Of a DNA stretch of 64,000 nt, positions 1-8,100 are shown one piece after another (within the stretch, counting starts at the first letter, position 1; every line of letters starts with the position of its first letter). Below the pieces are notes generated by a model. The model was not told the DNA's origin. It searched no databases and was given only the letters and a program-made list of their open reading frames with translations. The translations under genes and the position numbers were made by a program. Source of the stretch: a virus (taxonomy: Duplodnaviria > Caudoviricetes); the IMG/VR virus record IMGVR_UViG_2767802105_000001, positions 17,248 through 81,247 of that record; one strand, given 5' to 3'.

Positions 1-275
1 CGACCCACCACGAACCCCAACCGTGGCCCGTAGGTAGCCCGGTACTGGTCCGGCGTCCACGCCCGACCCGTACTGAGGAACACGGGGTCCACGCGGGCGC
101 CGCCCGTCGTCTCGTCGTCGGCGACCAGCACCCAGCCCACCAGCACTCCCCCGCCCGGCACATCGGTCACGTCAGTGCCGGGTGGTGCAGTCACGTCGAC
201 GCGCAGCCCGTCCACGGCGGGCAGCGTCCCGAGAATGCTGCCCGGCCCGTTCGTCTTCTCCGTCATGATCGGCAT
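1..275 (-). CDS. Hypothetical protein downstream of tail spike (truncated by window edge)
   Basis: ATG at 275 just after the upstream stop; MPIMTEKTNGPGSILGTLPAVDG... open to the edge. Confidence 0.6.
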   Translation of the reverse strand, partial: MPIMTEKTNGPGSILGTLPAVDGLRVDVTAPPGTDVTDVPGGGVLVGWVLVADDETTGGARVDPVFLSTGRAWTPDQYRATYGPRLGFVVG

Positions 276-276
276 G

Positions 277-1932
277 TCAGCTCGTCAGCATCGGCAGGAT
301 GACGCCCGCCATCGCGGCGAACCCGGCATCCGACAGGTGCACCCCGTCCGTGCCCGACGCGCCGGTTCCTGCCGATGTTCCCCAGTAGCCGAGGCTGTTC
401 CAGTACTGCCAGGAGTTGCGGCCGATGGCCCACCAGTCGACGAACGCGCACCCGAACGCCTCCGCCAACGCCCGCCCGCGGATCGCGTAGTCCTGGTACT
501 TGAAGTTCGTGACGTCGTGGGTGCCCAAGTGAGGCAAGGCGATCATGATGTCGCAGTCGCCGAGGGCAGCCCCCGTGTCCTTCACTGCCTTCAACCACTT
601 CGTGACGTTCGTCGCCCACGCGTCGCCGGTCGTGTTCGCCGCCGCATCGTTCGGGCCCGCCGTGTAGATCACCAGGTCGCCGGGGAAGTCGACGCCGCCG
701 TTCCACGTGGCGTTCAGGGCGGTGGTGGCGTTGTTGCCGTAGGTGTCGGACTTGGCTCCGGCCAAAGCGCAGTTGTGCACGATCACCCCGGACGTGTTCT
801 CGCCGGAGACGCCGCACACGGACAGGTACTGGCCGGTCGTGGCGGTGCCGACCTTGAGGACCACGGTGTGCGTCGTGTTGGACAGGCCGGTCACGGTGGT
901 GACCTGGATGGCGGCGGTGCCGGACGGCTGCGGCACGGACACGTCGGCGGCGCCGTCGATGGAGTACAGCATGGCGGGCCTCGTGCCCGAGCCGACCACC
1001 GTGTAGATCCGCACAGTCGTGCCGCGGGCCTTGAAGGTGAGCGTGTTCCCGGTGACGTCGCTGTAAATGTAGTTGGCGCCGGGCCCGTACTTGGAGCCGC
1101 CCTGCGTCCACGTGCCGGTCTGGGTGACGATCGCCCCGGCCGTGGTCCACGCCGCCAGGGCGGCAGCATCCCCCGCGGCGAGGATCGTCGACGACAGGGA
1201 CGTCTGCTGGAGTCCGCTACCGCCGTCCCCGTACAGGGCTTGCAGGCTGCTCGCGAGGACGCCCGGCCACGACTTGGTGCGCGGGTTGGAGGCGTAGAAG
1301 CCCTGCGTCGCCGACCCGCCGAGGGTGACGATGCGGGCCAGGCCCGACCCCGCGGCAGCAGCATCCCGCTTGGCCCGCCAGAAGGATCCCCAGCCCGACG
1401 GGGTGTAGATCCCGAGATCGCTGCGGCCGATCTTCAGGTTCTCGCGGGCCATCCGCATGTTCGACACGTCAGCGAGGTTGCTGGACTTCTGCATCGCCCC
1501 GACCGGCGAGTACAAGGCGTCCGCCGCCGTCTTCGTCAGCAGCGACCCCCCGCCCGATACGGTCAGGTTCCCGCCGACGGACACGTCCCCCGTCACGTCC
1601 AGCGTGCCCGACACGGTACCGCCGGCCTTGTCGAGCTTGCTGTCCAGGACAGAGCCGACGTCGACGGCGGTCATGGCGTACCGGTGCCCATACCCGAAGT
1701 CGATGTACAGCGACGTGACGCCGTCGGGCCCGTAGAAGGCGACAGCGCCGTCGGCGTCCGCGGTGAGCGTGGTGATGGGGCTGCCGGTGAGGTCGGTCAG
1801 GTCCGAGATCTGGGTGCCGCCCGTGACCGCGGTCCACACGGTGCCGGTCGCGCCGGGCCGCACGAGGAGCTGGTTGCCGACGCGCTCCATCGCGTAGTCG
1901 GAGGTGCTCCCGCCGAACAAGTGCCTGGCCAT
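277..1932 (-). CDS. Tail spike / receptor-binding protein with SGNH hydrolase domain
   Basis: Phage-type N-terminus (MARHLFGGSTSDY), SNLADV fibre motif, SGNH blocks GGS, GPND, DGVH; position after minor tail genes. Confidence 0.75.
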   Translation of the reverse strand: MARHLFGGSTSDYAMERVGNQLLVRPGATGTVWTAVTGGTQISDLTDLTGSPITTLTADADGAVAFYGPDGVTSLYIDFGYGHRYAMTAVDVGSVLDSKLDKAGGTVSGTLDVTGDVSVGGNLTVSGGGSLLTKTAADALYSPVGAMQKSSNLADVSNMRMARENLKIGRSDLGIYTPSGWGSFWRAKRDAAAAGSGLARIVTLGGSATQGFYASNPRTKSWPGVLASSLQALYGDGGSGLQQTSLSSTILAAGDAAALAAWTTAGAIVTQTGTWTQGGSKYGPGANYIYSDVTGNTLTFKARGTTVRIYTVVGSGTRPAMLYSIDGAADVSVPQPSGTAAIQVTTVTGLSNTTHTVVLKVGTATTGQYLSVCGVSGENTSGVIVHNCALAGAKSDTYGNNATTALNATWNGGVDFPGDLVIYTAGPNDAAANTTGDAWATNVTKWLKAVKDTGAALGDCDIMIALPHLGTHDVTNFKYQDYAIRGRALAEAFGCAFVDWWAIGRNSWQYWNSLGYWGTSAGTGASGTDGVHLSDAGFAAMAGVILPMLTS

Positions 1933-1951
1933 AGGTGTTCTCTCTTTCTGC

Positions 1952-2971
1952 TCAGGCGAGCCAGTAGGAGCCGTCGATCGTCAGGACGTCGCCGGTACGG
2001 ATGTTCATCGGAAAGTTGGTCAGCAGGTTCCGCATGTCGGGTTTCGACGTTGTTGCGGAGCCGTTGGATACGGGGTACTGGAGGCGGGCGATCCGGCCCG
2101 TCGAGATCGTCGGGTAGAGGACCGCGACACCGCCGGCTGAGCCCTCACCGTTCTCGGAGCCCAGGAGCCACGTGAACAGGGCGCGGTGTACCGATGAGGC
2201 GGGCAGGCCGGGCGGGAGGGACACTTCGATGGGGTCTTCGTAGGCGGGCGGGTTCCCGGTGGGCTGCAGTTGGATGCTGAGGTCGACGCGTCGGCCGAAT
2301 GCCTGGTAGCGGCCGTAGTTGAGGCTGCCGCTCCCCCAGTTGATGGTGGTTCGTCCGCCGTTCACGGTCCATACCGGGGTGTAGGTGGTGTCGTCGGCGC
2401 CTGCGGTTGCCATCCACCGCCACTGGGCGCCGTCCCCCGCGTAGAGCTTGCTGTCCTCGACGAGGAGCGCGTTCTTCTCCGGCGGTCGGCGCGCGCCGGG
2501 GATGCCGGGGACTGGGGGGCGGCTGGCGAGGTAGCGCTTGTCGATGACGTTGGCGGCGGTGACGACGGAGGATCCGGCGCCGACGGTGCACTGGGCGAGG
2601 GGGATCTCCCATACGCCGGTCTCGCTCTGCGTGAGGGTGGGGGCTGCGGTGCCGCCGGTCTTGTATTCGGCGGTGACCTTCTTCGCGGTCTGGTCGGCGC
2701 GGAGGATGACGTAGTCGACGCGTGCCGCGCCGCCCGCGTTGGCGGGCACAGGCAGGTTCTTGGGGGCGTCGAGGTGGTAGAAGAAGCCGTTGACCGTAGC
2801 CGGACCCGGGGCGACGGTGACGGTGGTGGTGCCCGAGCCTGTCACCTTCAGGGCGGTGCTGGAGGCGTCATCGGCGTGGACGCCGTCCAGGATGGCGCGG
2901 CGCACCATGCGGGACCACTGCAACTGGGTGGTGATCGGGGAGCCGGTGAACGGCGCAGAGAACTCAGCCAC
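1952..2971 (-). CDS. Minor tail protein
   Basis: 339 aa; RVDYVILR...WEIPLA motifs typical of actinophage minor tail proteins; synteny. Confidence 0.75.
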   Translation of the reverse strand: MAEFSAPFTGSPITTQLQWSRMVRRAILDGVHADDASSTALKVTGSGTTTVTVAPGPATVNGFFYHLDAPKNLPVPANAGGAARVDYVILRADQTAKKVTAEYKTGGTAAPTLTQSETGVWEIPLAQCTVGAGSSVVTAANVIDKRYLASRPPVPGIPGARRPPEKNALLVEDSKLYAGDGAQWRWMATAGADDTTYTPVWTVNGGRTTINWGSGSLNYGRYQAFGRRVDLSIQLQPTGNPPAYEDPIEVSLPPGLPASSVHRALFTWLLGSENGEGSAGGVAVLYPTISTGRIARLQYPVSNGSATTSKPDMRNLLTNFPMNIRTGDVLTIDGSYWLA

Positions 2972-2972
2972 G

Positions 2973-4148
2973 TCAGGCCACCTTCCTGGTTTTGAGGCGC
3001 CCGACGTCCGTCTTGACCTGGGCGATGTACTTGTAGATGCGGGCCACTGCGCTGTCGCCGGTGCTGTCGCCGCCGACGGTGGCCTTCACTGTGGAGCCGG
3101 TGGTGGAGCTGGTGAGGGTGACCTCGCGGACGGTGTCCGTGTACCAGGCGCCGCCGCGTAGCTGGGCGGAGACGGTGTCGCCGACGTTGTAGTCGCGGCC
3201 GTAGCGGAGCAGCGGCAGGTCGATCGGTGAGATCGACAGCGACCCCTTCCCGGCACCGTTGGTGAGGGCCTCTTCGCCGGCCTGGTCCATCTGCGCGGTC
3301 AGGTCGACGGAGGCGGTGTCGACGCTGGTCCGGTCGACGAACTGCTCGAGGACGAGGCCGGGGAAGAGGGGGTCGGCCCGGTCGTACACCTTGCAGACCC
3401 TCGGTGAGGTGCCGCCGCCTGCGACGACGATGGCGCGGGTGCAGGTCGGTGGGGTGGTGCTGTAGGAGGCGTCGGTGAGGTTGCCGAGCCCGAAGCTGAA
3501 GCGGGCCGTGCCGGAGCGGTCGGCGGGCTGGAACACCTGGAACTGCAGGCCGCTGCCGACCTGGACGACGCGGAAGCCGAGCCCCGCGGCCTCTGCGATG
3601 TCCTGAAGGACGGTGAGGAGGTTGTCGAACTGGTTGACCTCCCGGACCAGGGCGGGTCCGAGGACCGTATTCGGGGCGAGGGTGAGCAGCGGGTTGCGGC
3701 GGGAGGCGAGCGCGCCGGGGCCGGCGTTCAGGTTGACCAAGTTCCGCATGCCGGTCTCAACAGCTGCTACGTCGATCTTGTAGACGGAGGCGGATTGGGA
3801 GCCGATCGCCGCGGTTGGTGACGGCCAGCACGCGTACCGGGCGAGGATCTCGTCATCCGACACGGCGCCTACGGTGAGCTTTCCGCCGCCTGCGTCCGCC
3901 TCGGAGCGGGACCAGTCCACGGTCCGGATCGGGCCCGTGAGGATGGTCTCACCTCTTGGCGTTTTCGCGATCAGCCCGTTGCCTTCGACGAGCAGTGGCG
4001 CGCTCGGCGAGTCGGCGGCGATCTCCATGGTGATGGCGCCGATGGCGTTGTAGCGGGGCACAACCGTGAGCTGCGTGTAGTCGGCGACCTGCCCGATCCG
4101 CTGAAGCGTCGAGTTGCGGACGTAGACGCGGGGTGTGGTGGGTTCCAT
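2973..4148 (-). CDS. Minor tail protein (siphovirus Gp37-like, Tal position)
   Basis: 391 aa after Dit; C-terminal YGRDYNVGDTV motif. Confidence 0.8.
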   Translation of the reverse strand: MEPTTPRVYVRNSTLQRIGQVADYTQLTVVPRYNAIGAITMEIAADSPSAPLLVEGNGLIAKTPRGETILTGPIRTVDWSRSEADAGGGKLTVGAVSDDEILARYACWPSPTAAIGSQSASVYKIDVAAVETGMRNLVNLNAGPGALASRRNPLLTLAPNTVLGPALVREVNQFDNLLTVLQDIAEAAGLGFRVVQVGSGLQFQVFQPADRSGTARFSFGLGNLTDASYSTTPPTCTRAIVVAGGGTSPRVCKVYDRADPLFPGLVLEQFVDRTSVDTASVDLTAQMDQAGEEALTNGAGKGSLSISPIDLPLLRYGRDYNVGDTVSAQLRGGAWYTDTVREVTLTSSTTGSTVKATVGGDSTGDSAVARIYKYIAQVKTDVGRLKTRKVA

Positions 4149-4158
4149 GGCCAGCCCC

Positions 4159-5100
4159 CTAGGACGCCAGGTAGCGGGGCTGGTAGGTGAGGGTGACGCT
4201 CGTCGCCGACGTCGACCCGGCCACGACCAGGTTCAAGTCGTTCTCGCCTTCCTGCAGCGGCCACAGCTCGGACGCGTCAGACAGGTCGGGCCACAGGTTC
4301 GTCACGCCGTTGAGGAGTGCGGTCTGGCGGCGTTCGCGAGTGTCGATGACGATCGTGTCCGTGCCAGAGATCGTTCGGGTCAGCTTGATCTCCTGCCCGG
4401 TGGTGTCGTTGATCAGGGTGATGCTGGTGGCGGGCCCCTTGATCGTCCAGACGGGGTAGGCGACGTCGTCGCCGACGTTGTCCACGGTGACCTCACCGAG
4501 CACCTGCGAGTCCCCCACCTGCACAGGCAGAATCGGGAAGAACTCGGCACTGGAGCCGGCGGAAAAGCTGTGGGTGACCTCGGTGCCGGTCCAGTACGGG
4601 GAGGGCACGCCGAAGGTGAGGGCGTTGATGCACCAGCGTTCCCCCGCAGCATCGAGGGACTCGTCGCCTTCGAGGCCGCCGGTGTAGTAGGCGCCGATGC
4701 TGCGGGTGGCCCCGTCCGGCTCGGTGAGGGTGAGGGTGCCCACGCCGCGTTTCGGGTTCAGGCTGTTGATCAGCTTGCGGCGGCGTTCCTTGTAGGCCTG
4801 TCGGGAGTCGTTGGCCCAGAACGCGATCGGCAGGGTGATCGTCTTGCCCTGTGCGCGGACGTCCCGTACCTCGTAGCCGTCGATGCCCGGTGACTCGTCG
4901 GTGGCGACCTGGTAGTCGGGCATGTCCAAGCCCTTGGCGCCGGGCTGGAGCAGCCAGCCGCGCTCCCAGTCGGAGAAGACCGTCACCACGCCCCGCGGGT
5001 CGGTGAACGACACCTGCGGCATCTGGTTGATGAGCGCGGGCCACGGCGGGCCTTGCTGCTCCTCGGGCGGGATGGTGACGGAGGGTACGAGGATCGGCAT
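4159..5100 (-). CDS. Distal tail protein (Dit-like)
   Basis: 313 aa immediately after tape measure; NVGDDVAYPVWTIKGP and LQEGENDL motifs. Confidence 0.8.
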   Translation of the reverse strand: MPILVPSVTIPPEEQQGPPWPALINQMPQVSFTDPRGVVTVFSDWERGWLLQPGAKGLDMPDYQVATDESPGIDGYEVRDVRAQGKTITLPIAFWANDSRQAYKERRRKLINSLNPKRGVGTLTLTEPDGATRSIGAYYTGGLEGDESLDAAGERWCINALTFGVPSPYWTGTEVTHSFSAGSSAEFFPILPVQVGDSQVLGEVTVDNVGDDVAYPVWTIKGPATSITLINDTTGQEIKLTRTISGTDTIVIDTRERRQTALLNGVTNLWPDLSDASELWPLQEGENDLNLVVAGSTSATSVTLTYQPRYLAS

Positions 5101-8100
5101 CAGCCCATCACCACCGTTCGGTGCAGCATCTCGTCCATGGCCAGGGCGTCGTTGACGCTCTTGCGTGAGGCGACTTCGCGGACCAAGGCGTTGTAGTTGA
5201 GGACGCGGTCGCCGCCGTTGCGGATGGTCTGGCTGTTCTGTACGCGGGCTGTGGTCGCTGAGGCTGTGGCGCGGACGGCGTTGGCCATGCGCAGGGTGGC
5301 CGCCTCAGCGTCGGGGACGGACGCTGCGACGCCCTGGGCGAAGCCCTGCCCGGTGAACCGGCCGAGAGCGTGAAGCACCCGTGACGGCGACTTGATCTTC
5401 AGGGACTGTTTGATGCTCGCCTGAACGGATCGGGCGAGGATCTGCATCTGCAGTTCGATCAGCTTCTGGGTGGACTGCAGGCCGGTCAGGTAGCCCTTGC
5501 CGGAGGCTGTGCCCGCGTCGTACATGGCGTCCGCGGCGCCCAGGCCCAGGCTGGTGGCGGCCTTGGAGATCGCGGACTGGGCGGCGTTGATGTCCTTGAG
5601 CTCGGCTGGCGTGGCGTCGACCAGCGCCTGGGCGTAGGCCGCGCCCTGCTCCGGCCCGGCGGTAATGATCTGCTGGAGGAGGGTCTTGTTCAGGCCCCGC
5701 TCCCCCAGCAGTTTGATGTTCGCCCCGAATTTTTTGAGCTGGCCGAGGCGGACGTTCAGGCCGGCGAGGATGCCGCCCGCGTTGAAGGTGTTGCCGGCGC
5801 TGGGCAGGCCGGTCATGGAGGCGAAGGAGTTGGCGCCCTCGGTGGTGGTCTTCGCCAGTTCCTTCGCCGCCGTGATCTTGGCGGCGATCGCGTCACGCTG
5901 CTTGGACAGGGCCTGGAGTTTGGTGTTGGTCGTGGCGATCTGCTTGAGCAGCTTGTCGTCGAGGGTGGTCTTGACGCCCTTGAACGCGTTCTTGATCGCG
6001 GTGGCGACCTTGGTCATCGCCGTGTTGATGGCGGCGGCGGTGCCCGTCAACGCCTTCAGGAAGTCGCCGCCGACGGCTGCCGCGGTGGGCCCGGTGTCGA
6101 TCTTCTTGCCGCCGACCTTGATGATGCCGCCGGAGGTGTAGCCGCGGGGCAGGCCACGCCGGATGCCGACGACGCCGCCGCGGGCGTAGCCGCCGGGCCG
6201 GTTGTATGCCTTCGACAGGGAGCCGTAGCGGGCCAGGGCGTACCGCATGCTGGCGTAGATGTTGGCCATCGGGTCGACGCTGACGCCGTACATGAACGGG
6301 CCGGTCTTCTTGTACTTTCCGGCATAGGCGGCGAACGTGCCCCGGATGACCTGCATCAACCCGACGGACGGGTGCCCGGCCTTCCAGTTGGAGTCCCACC
6401 GGTTGACCGCCCGCGGGTCGCCTCCACTCTCCTGGTTCATGCGGCGCAGCGTCGTCGACACCAGCGACACGGACTGGCGGAGATCGCCGAGGGCCTGGCG
6501 GACGACGCCGGTCCAGCGCTGGACGCCGGAGCCGCCCTCGCCGCCGGTCAGGTACTTCATCGGGTCGACGGTTTTGCCGTTGACGCGGGCCTCGAGGTGA
6601 AGGTGCGGTCCGGTGACGTTTCCGGTGGCGCCGACAGAGCCGATGCGGGCACCCTGCTTGATGCCGTCACCGGCCCGGGCGACCATCGCCGACATGTGCG
6701 CGTACAGGGACTGCAGGCCGCCGCCGTGGGAGACGGTGACGTGCTTGCCGTAGGGGCCGCCGGACTGCACCTTCTGCACGGTGCCGTTGTCGACAGCGAC
6801 GACCTTCGTACCGGTCTTCGCGGGGAAGTCCAGGCCGGTGTGCCGGCCGGACGACCACATCGAGCCGCGCTGCCCGAACCGGGTGCCGTAGGGGGCGTTG
6901 ACGGGTTTGATCCAGGCACCGGACGCTTCGGGAACGTCCTTGCCGCGGATGTAGTCGATGGTCTTGTCGATGAGGTTGAGGGGTGCTCCCGCGATGGCGC
7001 CGGGCCAGCCGCTCTTGTTGCTCCCCAGGGCTTTGGTGATGCCGGACTTGACGGGCTTGAAGGCCTTCTCGGCGAGGGTGGCGAGGCCGCCGCGGACGGC
7101 GTCTTTGCCCTTGTTGAGGGCGTCGCCGACGTGGGAGGCGATGCTGGAGCCGATGGATTTGATGCCGCCGAGGATGCCGCCCTCGGCGAAGCCCATCTGT
7201 GCGCGGGCGACGGCGGGGTGGGTGCCTCGGATCGCGGCGGCGTTGAGGGCGTGGAGGCGGGCCCGCTCGTAGGGGTCGGCCATGACCTCCGACACGTACA
7301 CGCCTTCGCCGCGGCGCATGGGCACGAGTTGGTCGTCGCCGTCGCGCCATGTGGACCAGCCGGGGAGGATGCCGCCGCGGGCGAAGCCCTTCGGCATTGC
7401 CATCTTCTTCAGGTCCGGCACGCCGGGGATCTTCGCTGCGGTGGCGTTCCAGACGCCGACCACGCCACGGTTGTACACCGTCTCGATCCAGAATCGGATG
7501 GGCGTTTTCACCAGGTTTTGCAGGCCGGACCAGGCCTTGCCCAGGCCCTTGACTGCTTCCTTGAAGGCGCCGGTCAGGCCGCCCGCGAACTTGTCCCAGC
7601 CCTCCTGGACGAGTCTCCAGGCGCCGGAGGCGATGGACCGGACGCGGCCCCAGAATGACTCCCAGATCTCGACGGCGCCGTTCTTCAGTGCCCGGAATCC
7701 GGCGACGACACCGTTCTTGATGATGGTGACGATGTCGCGGAGCCAGTTCCACATCTTCTTGAACCAGCCGAGGGTGCCGTTGACGATGTCGGGGATGATC
7801 GAGTGGCCGAGCAGTTTGTCCCACAGCCAGTGGAAGCCCTCGAAGATCTTCTTGACGCCCTTGGTGAGGATGTCGACGAACCAGGTGATTCCGCCGATCA
7901 CCTTGTTCATGATCGGGACGAGGAAGCCGATGGCTGCGGCGAGCACCTTCGTGAACAGGCCCGCCAGCTTGACGATCAACGGCATCAGTGGAGTGATCAC
8001 CTGCATGGCCAGGGTGATCAGTGACAGGGCGAGCTGGGTGAGCGGCGGGATCAGCGGCAGCAGCGCCGGGAGGAGCTGCGCAAACATGGGTGCGAGCTGC

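Noticed and set aside
1-300. Lysis cassette (endolysin/holin)
   Set aside because: Not seen; probably beyond the left edge, so absence is not evidence of a defective phage
175-2175. 666-aa + strand ORF and many other long antisense ORFs (e.g. 20158-22620, 30656-32674, 41382-43190, 49056-50903)
   Set aside because: Shadow frames of high-GC genes; Arg/Gly/Pro-rich with no motifs, while the opposite strand has recognisable proteins
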